A DNA stretch of 64,000 nt, taken from NCBI GenBank assembly GCA_963699445.1, contig CAVOTX010000009.1, positions 208,735 through 272,734 on the forward strand, read 5' to 3'. Within the stretch, counting starts at the first letter, position 1. Each line of letters starts with the position of its first letter. The position numbers were made by a program, and so were the translations under genes. The notes below the pieces were generated by a model that searched no databases, was not told the origin of the DNA, and was given only the letters and a program-made list of their open reading frames with translations. Shown here one piece after another: positions 11,669-23,877 of the stretch. Source of the DNA: an uncultured Planctomycetia bacterium (GTDB taxonomy: Bacteria; Planctomycetota; Planctomycetia; Pirellulales; PALSA-1355).

Positions 11669-12187
11669 ATGTCTTCCATTCCAAGTTCATCGTCATCGGT
11701 GGCCGGCAGTTCCGGCTCCTCGTCGACCAACGCGGCCGCACTCAATGCCGCCTTTGCGAATTTGGGCCCGTCCGACTTCCTGCAAATGATGATGGCCGAA
11801 TTGCAAAACCAGGATCCGTTGGACCCGACCAACACCGACGACATGCTGTCGGAGTTGAGCACGATGACGCAGGTGGCGTCCAACGAGACCATGGCCACGA
11901 CGCTCAATTCGATCGGCCTCGGCCAAAACCTGGCGGATGCCGGCGCTTTGATCGGTGCCACGGTCAGCGGTCTGAGCAATAACAACGCGCAGCAGATCGT
12001 CGGGAACGTGGACAGCGTCACGATCAGCGGCGGCACGCCGGTGCTGAACATCGGCAGCGATACCATGAACCTGAGCAATATCGAGGCAATTTACCCGCCG
12101 GGCAGCACGGTCAATACCGGATCGAGCGGCTCGACCTCAACCGGCTCGACGACGAATTCCGGCAGCAGTACGACGCCATCCTCGTAA
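11669..12187 (+). CDS. flgD: Hook capping protein FlgD
   Basis: DFLQMMMAELQNQDPLDP motif. Confidence 0.95.
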   Translation: MSSIPSSSSSVAGSSGSSSTNAAALNAAFANLGPSDFLQMMMAELQNQDPLDPTNTDDMLSELSTMTQVASNETMATTLNSIGLGQNLADAGALIGATVSGLSNNNAQQIVGNVDSVTISGGTPVLNIGSDTMNLSNIEAIYPPGSTVNTGSSGSTSTGSTTNSGSSTTPSS

Positions 12188-12296
12188 ACAAATCGCAATA
12201 CGAACAAGCCGGCGAGTGTCTGCGCCGAGCTCCGTCGGCGCCGCCCGCGACGAATCGAGAAACGAACACTACCATTTTGACCGAAGGATCCTAGTT

Positions 12297-14778
12297 ATGG
12301 GTGGTTTAGCATCGGCACTCAGCACCGCACTGACGGGCTTAAGCGCCTCGGAGACGATGATCTCCGTGGCGGGCAATAATATCTCGAACTCGACGACCGA
12401 CGGCTTCAAGCAATCGCAGGCGCTCTTCACGACGCAATTCCAGCAGACGCTGAGCCTCGGCACAGCTCCCTCGGGAAGCGGCGCCGGCGAAGATGGCGGC
12501 ACGAATCCGCAGCAAATCGGCTTGGGTACGCAAGTTGCCGAGATCACGCCGGATTTCAGCCAAGGCACGATTCAGGTCAGCTCAAGTCCCTCGGACCTGG
12601 CCATCCAAGGGGACGGATTCTTCATCGTCCAGGGCGCTGGCAGCCAAGAATACACGCGCGACGGAAGCTTCCAGCTCAATGCCGGCAACCAACTGGTCAC
12701 CACCACCGGACAGACGCTGCTCGGGTACGGCGTTGACAAGAACTTCGAAATCGAGAAAACGACGTTGCAGCCGCTGACGATTCCGCTGGGAAGCACCGCC
12801 GTGGCCCAGGCAACGCAAAACGTCACTCTGCAGGGAGATCTCAGTCCGACCGAAACCGTTGCCACCACGCCGCAGATCATCCAGTCGCAAACGCTCAGCG
12901 ATGCATCGGTCGAAGCTCCGCCCAGCCCTTCGGCGGTTACGCTGACGGCGCTCGCGCCCCCGACACAACCGCTACCGCTACGGCGCCGGACACCGGCGCG
13001 GGCAACGTCGCGGCCGGCACTTACAGTTATGAGGTCACGTTTGCGAATGCAGCCGGCCAAGAGGGCCCGCCATCGGCGGTTGTCGGCCCGATCACCACCA
13101 CCGGCACAGCCGGCGTCGACAAGGCCATCGACCTGACCAATCTGCCGACCATTCCCAGCGGGTTCACCCAGGTCAATGTCTATCGCGCCGACGCGGCGAG
13201 CGGCGGCATCTATCAGCTAGCCGGTTCGACGACCGGCACCAGCTTCACCGATACGAAATCCGACGCGCAACTGGGCGCCACGCTCAACGCCAACACGTTG
13301 GCCCCCGGAAACTACAGTTACTACGTAAGCTATTACAATTCCGTGACCGGCGAGGAAAGCCGTCCCACGCCGCTTATCGGGCCGCAATCCGTTTCGCTGG
13401 ACGGCCGCGACATCGAGCTCAGCAATCTGCCCACGCCCAGTGCCGCCAGCGGGTTCAATCAAGTGCGGATCTACCGCAACACGTCTACCAACAACTCGAA
13501 TTTCTACCTGGATGCCACGGTGCCGGCTGGCACGAGCTCCTACATCGACAGCGCCAGCGATGCTTCGATCAGCGGCAACGTCCAGGTCAACCTCAACGGA
13601 CCGCCCATCACGGCGGCCACCACGCTGGAAAACCTCGTCGAATTGAACGGGTCGACCTACGATCAGCCCTTCGCCAACGCCACTCAGATCAGCTTAACTC
13701 CGGCCAAGGGTGGCGATACCCTGACGACCAAGACGCTCGACGTCACTTCCACCACGACGGTCCAGGACCTGATCAACTTCGTCGATCAGGCGAGCGGCAT
13801 CCGACCCTCGAGCGCGGACCCACGGACCCCATCACCGGGAATCCAGGAGGCAGCGTAAATACTGCGAATAGCTCGATCCAATTTACCAGCAACAATGGCG
13901 CGCCGAACGCGGTCAGCATCGGCCTGTCGGCGCTGACCGTGACCAATGCCAGTGGCACCACCACGCCCGTCAATTTGAATTTCACCACGACCCAGCAAGC
14001 CGTCGGCACCGGCCCCTCGACGACCGACTTTGTGGCCTACGATTCACTCGGCGATCCGATCAACATCAGCTTGACCATGGTTCTGGAGGGCACGAATACC
14101 TCGGGCACGACATACCGTTGGTTCGCCGACTCGGGCGACAACCAGCCTCAAACCGGCGCCGGGATCGCCGTGGGAACAGGCGAGGTGACGTTTGACGGAG
14201 ATGGCAACCTGGTGAACGTGACAAACGACACGATCTCGGTTGAACGCTCGCAATCGGCGGCAGCCCCCTTGCAATTCAAGCTCAATTTTTCCCAGGTCTC
14301 CGGCTTGGCGCAGTCGTCCGGCAGCACTTTGTCGGTTGCCCAACAAGACGGCTCGGCCGCGGGAACTTTGTCCAGCTACAGCATTGGCAGCGACGGCACC
14401 ATCAGCGGCGTATTCACCAACGGCGTGACCCGTGATTTGGGCCAGGTTCAGTTGGCGCGATTCTCCAACGATGCGGGCCTGGTGCAGGAAGGCCAGAACC
14501 TTTTTGCCGCCGGCAGCAACTCAGGCCTGCCGATCCAAGGCACCCCCGGCAACCAAGGCATCGGCACGATCGTGGCCGGAGCCATCGAACAATCGAACAC
14601 CGACGTCGGCCAGAATCTGATCAACCTCATCACGGCTTCGACCGAATATCGCAGCGGTGCCCAGGTGATCACGACCGTACAGACGCTGCTCGACACGCTG
14701 ATGCAATTGCGCCCGGGCTCTAAGAAACAAGTTTGCGAAGCGCACGAGCGGCCAGCATTTCGCGGCGTACCTCGGTGA
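12297..14778 (+). CDS. flgE: Flagellar hook protein FlgE, long form with inserted domains (frameshifted)
   Basis: N-terminal GNNISNSTTDGFK, DLAIQGDGFF and YTRDGSF; C-terminal GAIEQSNTDVGQNLINLI. The real stop may be near 14723. Confidence 0.92.
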
Positions 14779-15008
14779 CAAGTTGCCGTGCCGCGATTTC
14801 GCTGTGGAGGTATTGCAGGCATTTCAGTTCGTGGATGCGCGGGTCGGCTGCGGCGCCTTAGGAAAACGGGTGGCCAGGTTCCGCCACAGGCTGTTTGCAT
14901 CCTATTGTTTACGGACGAAGGTTGGTTTTTCGATTGCCCCCAGTCCGCAGGCGCCGGGGGCTTCGGGGCGATGATCGCCGCAGGACCGCTACAGGAGGGA
15001 CGACCGCG

Positions 15009-15242
15009 ATGATCCAATTAACTCGGCTCGGCGGCGAGCCGTTCATTCTTAACGCAGAATTGATTCGCTACGTCGAGGCCCGTCCGGACACGTTCATCAC
15101 CCTGACCAGTGGAGAACGGTTGGTCGTGCGCGAAGCAATGGACGAAGTGCTGAAGCGAGCCGTCGATTACCAGCGGTCGAAGCATTTGTTTCCGCCGCGG
15201 CGGTCGGGCGGCGTCGCGGCGAACGGCGGTGCGAGCCATTGA
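15009..15242 (+). CDS. flbD: Flagellar FlbD/SwrD family protein
   Basis: MIQLTRLGGEPFILNAELIRYVEARPDTFITLTSGE is the FlbD family signature. Lies between flgE and motA. Confidence 0.9.
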   Translation: MIQLTRLGGEPFILNAELIRYVEARPDTFITLTSGERLVVREAMDEVLKRAVDYQRSKHLFPPRRSGGVAANGGASH

Positions 15243-15293
15243 CCGATCGTCGCTTGGGGGAGATACGGAATCCGTCGGAAAGGTGCGTAGAAC

Positions 15294-16090
15294 ATGGACA
15301 TTGCAACGCTCGGCGGAATCGTCGGCGGCTTCGTGCTGATGCTGGCGCCTTGATTCTGGCCGGCAGTCACGGCGGCGGCCACGGCGTTTCGTCTCGGCCA
15401 ATTCGTCGATCCGCCGGCCGCGATCATGGTGGTTGGCGGCGGCCTGTGCGTCGTGCTCACGTCGGTGCCGCTGAAGATCTTTCTCGGTATGCCGAAAATC
15501 CTGATGAAGCTGTTTCTCAACAAGGGTGAGGACTTGCCCGGTTTGATCGAGGAACTGGTCGGGTTGGCCGAAATCGCCCGCAAGGACGGGCTCTTGGCGC
15601 TCGGAGGCCAAGGTGCCGGAAATTTCGACAATCAGACGATCGTGCTGGGCATCCAGATGGCGGTCGATGGCACGCGGCCGGAGGTGATCGAAGATATCTT
15701 TCGCACTGAAATGCATGCCGAAGAAGGTCGTCACCACGTCGGCAAGAAAATGCTCGAATTGATGGGCCGCTGCGGCCCGGCCTTCGGCATGATCGCTACG
15801 CTGCTGGGCCTGATCCTCATGCTCGGCAATCTCGATGATCCCGATTCAATCGGCCCCAACATGGCGATGGCGCTGGTCGGCACGTTGTACGGCGCGGCAA
15901 TGGCCAACATGATTTGCACGCCCTGTGCCGAAAAGCTAGCCTATCTCAGCCGCCAAGAGATGCTGGCCAAGGAGATCGTGCTCAAGGGCATTTTGGGCAT
16001 TCAGGCCGGCGAGAACCCGCGGGTGATCGAGCAGAAGCTGAACACCTATTTGCCGCCCAAGCTGCGCAGGTGCGATGGGAGGCGGCCTAA
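15294..16090 (+). CDS. motA: Stator protein MotA (frameshifted)
   Basis: MDIATLGG start, ARKDGLLAL, PAFGMIATLLGLI, TLYG and GENPRVIEQKL motifs. Confidence 0.92.
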
Positions 16091-16191
16091 AGGTAGAAAA
16101 AGTCGACGTCAATTCGCAGCCGGCGCCGTTTTCGCCGCTGGGTGTCATTTGCCGCGAGTGGGTCTGCTTTTTCAACAGCCGACAACGGACT

Positions 16192-16979
16192 ATGTCAGCC
16201 GACAAGTGTGAATGCGAGGAAGGTTTGCCCGAATGGATCATGTCCTACGCCGACATGATTACCATCTTGATGGCGTTTTTCGTCGTGATGTATTCCATGG
16301 CCGGCAGCCCCGATAAATCGAAAGAAGAAGCGATCTTCAAGTCGCTGCGCGATCAATTCGGCGCGATCGTGCCGGGTTGGATGTCGACGGGCCGGGGCAC
16401 GTTCATCCATCGAGACTCTCGCATCCTGAATCGCAATGGAACCGGCAATTCGAGCCAGAACAACAAGAACTCGGGCGGCGCGGACAAGCGGGCGCCCAAG
16501 GCGAACATCCGCGCGTTTATACGCTGCGGCCGGGAGAACAGGCAGCCACCGGCGGCGTGGTCTACTTCGCCGAGGGCTCGAGTGATTTGACCAAGCCGCA
16601 GGAGCAACAGTTGCAGACCGTGGCCGAAGAAATGAGCGGCAAGCCGCAAAAAATCGAAATCCGCGGTCACACCTCGCGCCGCCCGCTAGCGGGTTCGGCC
16701 CCCTTTCGCGATCACTGGGACCTGGCCTACAGCCGCTGCCGGCACACGATGGAATATCTCGAATCCCTGGGCATTGACCCCAAGCGATTCCGCCTCAGCG
16801 TCGCGGCCGAAAACGAGCCTGTCGCCCGGCGGTGTCGATGCCCTGAACCGCGGGCTGAACTCGCGCGTCGAAGTCTTTTTGTTGAACGAGGTCGTCGCGG
16901 AGAGCGGCGTCCGCGCGTACGAATCAACCCACCAATTCCACGGAAGGCGAACCCTCGGAACCGATTGACCAACCGGTGA
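16192..16979 (+). CDS. motB: Stator protein MotB (frameshifted)
   Basis: WIMSYADMITILMAFFVVMYSM TM with the conserved Asp, then an OmpA-like domain (IEIRGHT, WDLAYSR, NSRVEV). Confidence 0.9.
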
Positions 16980-16980
16980 A

Positions 16981-17611
16981 ATGAGTAACATGAGCAACCC
17001 AGCAGCCCCAGGTGCCCCCGAAGCTAGCGCGTACCAAGCCCACGTCCAGCGGTCGGTCGCTGAGCATGAAGCTCAAGATTGCCGGTTTCATACTGGGAGT
17101 CGTCGCCGCCGAATGGGTCGTCGCTTATTTTTATTTGCCCAGCGCCTCCCCCGCGGCCGCCACTCCGGCCGCCCCGCCGGCCAGCCACGAAGGCGATCAG
17201 GCTGCCGAGCCGGCCGATGCTGGCAAGTCGCACGAAGCGAGCAACCATGGATCGGCTCATGGCGGCGGTTCGAAGAGTGCGGGCCGCGGCGTGCAACAAG
17301 AAGTCGACCTCGGTGAATTCACCGTAACGGCGTACCAGCCGGTCTCCAGCTCCACGCTGTTCATCTCGTTTCACCTCTATGGCAGCGCCTTGGACAAACA
17401 TGGCGACGAGCTTGCCAAGCGGCTGGAAGATCACAAGCACCAGGTGCGCGACAACATTATCGTAATTATCCGAAGCGCCGAGATTACCGATTTGACCGAC
17501 GCCGGGTTGGGATTGATTAAACGACGGATTTTAGAGACAACTAATCGAACCCTGGGCAAGCCACTTCTCCAAGGGATCATGTTCAGCGATTTCTCGTTTG
17601 TCGAACAATAG
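16981..17611 (+). CDS. fliL: Basal body-associated FliL
   Basis: Single [28 protein letters not shown] and a C-terminal FSDF. Start uncertain because of an indel. Confidence 0.75.
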
Positions 17612-17701
17612 CGCCGTCCGAGATGCGGGCGGCGAACCGGCAGGACGCCCTCTCGACGAGCCAGCCCGTAGCCGGCTGCACACCGATCCCCAACGGAAGC
17701 C

Positions 17702-18324
17702 ATGGACGGCGAACAACTCGATTCCGACGAATTGAAGCGGCGCAATCCGCAGGCCGGCCCTGCACCGTCGGCGACGGGTTCTGCCGGCGCCGCGGGGCCG
17801 CTCGGCCAGCAAGAAGTCGAGGCCTTGCTGCAGGCGGCCATTGGCGGAAACCCGGACTCGAAGACCACGCCCGCGCAGGCCGCCAGAGCAGACGCCGCGT
17901 CGCACGCCGCCAGCGCCGAAAGCGATCTGGGAATGGCATCCGGCGACGTGGAATATCTGCTCCAGCAGGCCGAGCTGGCGCTGGCGTCGGTGAACGAGCC
18001 CGTCCAGCCGTCGGCCGATCTGCCGGTCAAGCCATTTCGTCTGCAGGACTACAGCGGAGCGCCCCGTCGGGCGAAGCCGCCACGCTGGCCTTGATTCGCG
18101 AAGTCGAGCTCGACGTCAAGATCGAGCTCGGCCGGACGCAGATGGCCCTGGACGAAGTGCTCAAACTGCACAAAGGTTCGGTCGTCCCGCTCGACAAACT
18201 GGCCGGCGATCCGGTGGATATATTCGTCAACGGCCGGTTGATCGCCCGCGGCGAAGTGCTGGTGCTGAACGATAATTTTTGCGTCCGCGTCGCTGAACTC
18301 ATCACCGGCGAGACGAACCCCTAG
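17702..18324 (+). CDS. fliN: Motor switch protein FliN (frameshift near 18068)
   Basis: SpoA domain [12 protein letters not shown]...[25 protein letters not shown]. Confidence 0.92.
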
Positions 18325-18457
18325 GATCTCTCTGACGGAATTGACCGCTCAAGGATGAGCGCGACCGCCGACTCGCTCGGCCAGCGAAGTTGCTTCAGGC
18401 AGCGGACGAACTGCGCTCCCGGGCGACCGAGAATCGAACCAAACAGGAGGGGCAAGG

Positions 18458-19264
18458 ATGCCCTCGATTGCCGTAATCTTGCTCGTGGCGTTGGCAGGCC
18501 CGGGCGCACCGCAGGCGGATCCGCCGTCGGCCCAGCGCGCCGACTATCGGGCCGCCTTCGACGATGCGGCCGACTTTGCTCCGCCGGACGCCTGGCCGCC
18601 GACCGCCCCCGACAATCGCCGCGGCTCGGCCGCCAGTCGGCCGGCCCACCTGCCGATTCGATTCCAGGGCGCGGCGCCGGCGCGCGAAGATCGTATGGTG
18701 ACGCCCGCTGTGGCCATCCAGCCGGAAGCTCCAGCGCGGCCGCCCGCTGCCGATCGGGCAATTCCTCTTGCGCCCCCCCGTGCGGACAGCGAGCGCGCCG
18801 CGCTACGGCTCCCGACCGCATCGCTTCAAACCGTGCTGGGCGCCTTGGGCGCTGCCGTCGGACTGTTCTTGATCGTGGCTTGGATCATGCGCCGAGGGAT
18901 GCCGAAAGGATCGGGCGTGCTGCCCCGCGAAGTCGTCGAGGTGCTCGGTCGCGCTCCGCTGGCCGGGCGGCAACAACTGCATCTGTTGCGACTGGGCAAT
19001 AAGCTCGTGTTGATTTCGATGTCGCAGGCCGGCGTGGAGACGCTGTCCGAAATCACCGATCCACTGGAAGTGGATCGATTGACCGGCCTGTGTTATCAGA
19101 CGCACCCGCACGGGGCGACCGCCAGTTTTCGCCAGGTATTTCAAAGCTTCGAAGATCCCCGCGCAACTTATCCGCCCGCCCGCGCCATCGATCGCCTCGA
19201 TTTGACGCAACTCGACGCGATCGCCCTGGGGGCGAAAGTCAAGGACGGCAACCATGCCCGCTGA
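18458..19264 (+). CDS. fliO: Flagellar biogenesis protein FliO
   Basis: TM followed by [27 protein letters not shown]...TLSEITDP. Directly upstream of fliP. Confidence 0.82.
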   Translation: MPSIAVILLVALAGPGAPQADPPSAQRADYRAAFDDAADFAPPDAWPPTAPDNRRGSAASRPAHLPIRFQGAAPAREDRMVTPAVAIQPEAPARPPAADRAIPLAPPRADSERAALRLPTASLQTVLGALGAAVGLFLIVAWIMRRGMPKGSGVLPREVVEVLGRAPLAGRQQLHLLRLGNKLVLISMSQAGVETLSEITDPLEVDRLTGLCYQTHPHGATASFRQVFQSFEDPRATYPPARAIDRLDLTQLDAIALGAKVKDGNHAR

Positions 19265-20150
19265 GACTGGCAACGACCGTCGCAGCGCCGGCCAGGGGCC
19301 CTGGCCGGCCGAAGGGTTCGGCGGCCCGCGACTGACGGCGGCTGCGCGCTGGTTGAGCATGGCGATCTGGCTGGCCGGAATCTGCTTGCTGGCTCCTTTG
19401 CCGGCCCTGGCGGCCGAAGGTGCCGAAGCGGCGAGCCCGGCCTCGCTCAGTCCGACGTTCCTGGGGGGGCCGGAGCGCTGGACCAGTCCGGAAGGACTCA
19501 GCTCGACGCTGCAAGTGCTGGTTCTGCTGACGGTCATCAGCCTGGCCCCGGCCGTGCTGTTGATGACGACTTGCTTCGTGCGGATCATGGTCGTGCTGGG
19601 ATTGTTGCGACAGGCGTTGGGCACGCAAAGCCTGCCGCCCAGTCAGGTGATCACATCGATCGCGTTGTTCATGACGCTGCTCGTCATGTCGCCAGTGTGG
19701 AAGCAGGTTTACGACACGGGCCTCAAGCCCTATACGGATCGGCAGATCGGTTTGGAAGAGGCCTGGAGCAACGGCGTCAAACCCGTGCGCCAGTTCATGA
19801 GCGCGCAGATCGAACGGACCGGCAACAGCAACGACGTGTGGCTGTTTTATCATTACTTGCCCAACAGCAGCAGCAGTGTTCCGTCGAGCTACGACGAGGT
19901 GCCGCTGCAAGCCTTGCTGCCGGCATTCATGCTCAGCGAGCTGAAGACGGCGTTCTTGATCGGATTCCAGATTTACCTGCCGTTCCTGGTGCTCGACATC
20001 GTCGTGGCCACGGTCATGGTCTCGATGGGCATGATGATGCTGCCGCCGGCGCTGGTTTCGCTGCCGTTCAAGTTGGTGATGTTCGTCCTGGTCGATGGTT
20101 GGCACCTGGTGGTCGGGATGCTGCTGGATAGCTTTCAGCCGTTTACATAG
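19254..20150 (+). CDS. fliP: Export gate FliP
   Basis: [39 protein letters not shown] and LPFKL motifs. Confidence 0.97.
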   Translation: MPAETGNDRRSAGQGPWPAEGFGGPRLTAAARWLSMAIWLAGICLLAPLPALAAEGAEAASPASLSPTFLGGPERWTSPEGLSSTLQVLVLLTVISLAPAVLLMTTCFVRIMVVLGLLRQALGTQSLPPSQVITSIALFMTLLVMSPVWKQVYDTGLKPYTDRQIGLEEAWSNGVKPVRQFMSAQIERTGNSNDVWLFYHYLPNSSSSVPSSYDEVPLQALLPAFMLSELKTAFLIGFQIYLPFLVLDIVVATVMVSMGMMMLPPALVSLPFKLVMFVLVDGWHLVVGMLLDSFQPFT

Positions 20151-20256
20151 CGTGCCGACTTGTTGCTGCTCGGATGAACGGTCCTGCCGTTGACGGGCAA
20201 TTTCGAGTGCTCGGCCGGCCGCTGCGAAGTCCTCATTGCAAAGTCCGGATGATCTC

Positions 20257-20523
20257 ATGGATCCACAAGACGCTGTCGATTTGGGTCGCGAAGCCGTCAT
20301 GACCACGCTGCTGATCGCGTCCCCCGTTCTGGTCGCGGGCATGATCGTGGGCTTGCTCTTGGGCTTGCTGCAGGCCGTGACGCAGATCCAGGAGCAGGCC
20401 GTGTCGTTCGTTCCCAAGGTCGTGGCGATGGTCGTCGTGCTGAGCTTGCTCCTGCCCTGGTTGATCAATCAGATGCTCCAGTATTCGCACGATCTGATCG
20501 TCAACATCCCGGCCACGCTCTGA
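20257..20523 (+). CDS. fliQ: Export gate FliQ
   Basis: LQAVTQIQEQAVSFVPK motif. Confidence 0.96.
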   Translation: MDPQDAVDLGREAVMTTLLIASPVLVAGMIVGLLLGLLQAVTQIQEQAVSFVPKVVAMVVVLSLLLPWLINQMLQYSHDLIVNIPATL

Positions 20524-20669
20524 TGGCGGCAATCGCGGCCGGCGTGCGGCGGATTCGTCCGGCAAGAGGGCGGGCGGTGGCAGCGGACGCCAACTCACGA
20601 CATCTGGTCGATCTCTAGGCGTCGTCAATCTCAACACGGGTCGAACCCAACACGCCCGACAGTGCAACG

Positions 20670-21446
20670 ATGGATTGGCTCTTACAGCACTACCTGAACC
20701 AGTTCGTGATTTTTACGCTGGTGCTCGCCCGGATCGGCGGATTGTTGATGACGGCCCCGGTTTACGGGACGGCCGAAGTTCCGGCGAAAATTCGCGGGCT
20801 GCTGGCACTCTCGCTGGCCGTGCTGATCACCCCTTTGCAGACGCTGAAGCTGGCCAGCCAACCGCAGACGCTGGTCGACTTCAGCTTGCTTGTCGGCGGC
20901 GAGATCTTGATCGGCGTGACGATCGGCGTGGGCATCACAATCTTGTTTTCCGGCGTGCAAGTGGCCGGACAGGTAATCAGCCAGATGTCGGGCCTGCAAA
21001 TGGCCGACGTCTACAACCCGGGCTTCGATGCCAACGTCTCGATTTTTTCGCAATTGCTGTTCTATGTGGCGATGGGAGTGTTCGTCATCATCGACGGTCA
21101 TCGCCGGGTGATGGGGGCACTCTTGGATACCTTTGCCTGGTTGCCTCCCGGCGGCGGCGGCATGCCCGCAACGGTGAGCGAAACCCTGTCCACGCTGATT
21201 GCCCAGAGCTTCGTGCTGGGGATACAGGCGGCCGGGCCGGCCATGGCGGCGTTGCTGGTGGCAACGCTGGTCTTGGGGCTCGTCAGCCGCACGATGCCGC
21301 AACTGAACATCATGACCTTGGGTTTTGGGTTCAATTCGTTGATTACGCTAGGCGCGGTCTGTCTCTCGATGGGGACCGTGGCCTGGGCTTTTCAGGAGCA
21401 GGTCGAACCGGTGTTGACGTCTTTGATCGAGGCTCTGCGTGGCTGA
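20670..21446 (+). CDS. fliR: Export gate FliR
   Basis: RIGGLLMTAP, AGQVISQMSGL, DGH and RTMPQLNI motifs. Confidence 0.95.
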   Translation: MDWLLQHYLNQFVIFTLVLARIGGLLMTAPVYGTAEVPAKIRGLLALSLAVLITPLQTLKLASQPQTLVDFSLLVGGEILIGVTIGVGITILFSGVQVAGQVISQMSGLQMADVYNPGFDANVSIFSQLLFYVAMGVFVIIDGHRRVMGALLDTFAWLPPGGGGMPATVSETLSTLIAQSFVLGIQAAGPAMAALLVATLVLGLVSRTMPQLNIMTLGFGFNSLITLGAVCLSMGTVAWAFQEQVEPVLTSLIEALRG

Positions 21447-22508
21447 AGAGAACGGCGAAAAGTCGCAAGAGGCAACGCAGCACCGCCGCCAGCAGGGCGC
21501 GAAGAGGGCCAGGTTGCGCACAGCCAGGACCTCGGCGCCGCGGTGTCGTTGCTGGGCGGCCTGCTCATCCTGTCGATGACCGGGCCACCCCTGATCGAGT
21601 TCCTGGCCGGACTCCTGATGCAGCAGTTGGGCGGCGACTCCTGGCTGACCGGCGATTCCGAGTTCCTCGTGGAACGCTGGCAGGAAATGACGTACGGACT
21701 GGGCAAAGTGTTGCTGCCGGTGCTCGGACTGGGCATGTTGCTGGCGGTGATCATTCACTTGCTGCAGGTCGGCCCCATGTTCCTGCCGGAAAAGCTGATA
21801 CCTGATTTTTCGCGGGTCGATCCGCTGCGCGGCATGCAGCGGCTGTTTTCGCTGCCCAACGTCGTACGTTTGGCGTTTGGAATTCTCAAGGTCGTGATCA
21901 TCGGCTCGGTGGGCCTGTATGCCATCTACAAGCGCCACGAAGAGATCCTGAGCCTGACGGCGCTCGACGCCGCGCAGATCTCCTGGTTCACCTGGGATCT
22001 GTGCTTTTGGACCTGCGCGAAGATCGGCCTGGCGCTGTTCATTTTGGCGATTCTGGATTACGCCTTTCAGTGGTGGCAGCATCAGCAGGACATGAAGATG
22101 ACACGCCAGGAAGTGCGCGAGGAGATGCGCAATCTGCAAGGTGATCCGCAGATGATCGCCCGGCGCCGCGGAGTCCAGCGGCAACTGGCGCTCAATCGCA
22201 TCTCGCAATCCGTGCCGAAAGCCGACGTCGTGGTGACCAATCCGACCGAGCTGGCCGTCGCCTTGCAATACGACGTGGCAACGATGGCGGCGCCGATCGT
22301 GGTGGCGAAAGGGGCCGGCCTGATTGCCCAGCGGATTCGCCGGCTGGCACTGGAAAACGGCGTGCCGATCGTCGAGAAGAAACCGCTCGCACAGGCTTTA
22401 TACCGCGACGTCGACGTCAATCATCCGGTCCCCAACGAACTGTACGCCGCCGTGGCCGAAGTCCTGGCCTACGTCTACCAGCTCAAGGGCAAGCCGCTGC
22501 CGCAGTAA
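21439..22508 (+). CDS. flhB: Export switch protein FlhB (indel near 21495)
   Basis: EKSQEAT start, MKMTRQEVREE...GDP, and autocleavage motif NPTE (NPTH-like). Confidence 0.95.
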
Positions 22509-22535
22509 CGGCTGTTCCCCGCGATCCCGGGCGAT

Positions 22536-23618
22536 TCAGGCGCTTTCGCGGGCCGCCGGCGCCGGGTCGCAGTAGCCGTAGCGGCGCATGAAACGACCCC
22601 AGCGGCGATCGATCTGGTCGCGCAATTCCGGTGCGATCTCGTATCGGTTCGTCTTGTAATCCTTGGTGCCGGCAAGATATCGGTCGAGATGCGGCTCGAC
22701 CTTCTCGAATTCGCCCAGATCGAGCCGATCGTAGAGCCTGCGCATTTCGCCGATCGGGTCGCTCACGAGGTCCTCGTAGCGCACTTCGTGCAACCGGGAC
22801 GCATCGACCAGCCCGCGCTGGGCGTCGAAAGCGCGATACATCCGCTCGAAACAGGAGAAGACATATTCTTCCAATCCCGCGAACGTCGGACGCTGCAAGG
22901 ACTGGTACCGATAAAGCGTTTTCCAGAGATTGATCGTCGACGGATAAACCACGTACGGATCGCGCACGATGTGTACGAAGCGCGCATCGGGGAAGATCTC
23001 CGTTAGCGCCTTGATGCGCGCCAAGTGCGGCGGCGACTTGAGGATGATCCGCTGCGGATTGCGCAGCGTCACACGCTGCAAGAACCAGAGCAGCGCCTCT
23101 TGCCAGCGTCGCCGATCCTCGGCCGGCACATTCTCCAGGTCGAAATACTCGGAATACGGCGCCGGCTCGTTGGGGAACAGCATCCGCAGGTAAGGCGATG
23201 GCAGTCCCATGTTGCACAGCGCGAATTCATCCTCCTGCGGACGGTCCCAGCCCGTCATCATGTTGTCCATCGGCCGCTGCCGGGGGAGCAAAAACGTCAA
23301 CCGCTTGACAAACCAGGCCGAAATCAGGAAGTGGTTGGGGGCGAAGCAATCGTAGGTCGTCGGAAACGTGTAGCGGTCGTCCAGCACCATCAACTCGTGC
23401 AGCAGCGTGGTGCCGCTGCGCCAGTGGCCGATGATGAAGATCGGCGCATCCTTGACTTGGACCCGCGCGATCCGCCGACCGAGGATCAACTGTTGCAACG
23501 GCCGGCCCAGCGAGTTGATCAGCGTGGCCGCCGAAATCGTCCCCGCCAACGGGATTTGCAGCGGATGAATCCGAAAGCGGTTGCGCCGCAGTTCCCGGAT
23601 CCAGGCACCCAGCAACAT
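22536..23618 (-). CDS. PAPS-dependent sulfotransferase family protein
   Basis: 5'-PSB PIFIIGHWRSGTTLLH, LKSPPH, HIVRDP and RYEDLV motifs. The reading frame extends upstream (HYPSWAARFWDG), so the true start is probably near 23690. Confidence 0.9.
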   Translation of the reverse strand: MLLGAWIRELRRNRFRIHPLQIPLAGTISAATLINSLGRPLQQLILGRRIARVQVKDAPIFIIGHWRSGTTLLHELMVLDDRYTFPTTYDCFAPNHFLISAWFVKRLTFLLPRQRPMDNMMTGWDRPQEDEFALCNMGLPSPYLRMLFPNEPAPYSEYFDLENVPAEDRRRWQEALLWFLQRVTLRNPQRIILKSPPHLARIKALTEIFPDARFVHIVRDPYVVYPSTINLWKTLYRYQSLQRPTFAGLEEYVFSCFERMYRAFDAQRGLVDASRLHEVRYEDLVSDPIGEMRRLYDRLDLGEFEKVEPHLDRYLAGTKDYKTNRYEIAPELRDQIDRRWGRFMRRYGYCDPAPAARESA

Positions 23619-23877
23619 GCCGTCCCAGAATCGGGCGGCCCACGATGGATAGTGGTTGGAAGCGATTGTTGTCGGTCTTTCACACTGGCGACATTGCGGG
23701 CCCGCTCTTTTCCGCCGTCGCTTGCCGCTCGTCGAATGTCAGAGGGGGAGATGCGGGTTCGATTCTGCCCTAAGATACCAGCCAAGCTGCAAGTTCGCCA
23801 CTCGCTGGGAGCAACCGGCCGGTGCCTCCGCCGGCACGTTGCGGGTGCTCACGTTGGCGCTCCTGCGTTTCCGCGCT

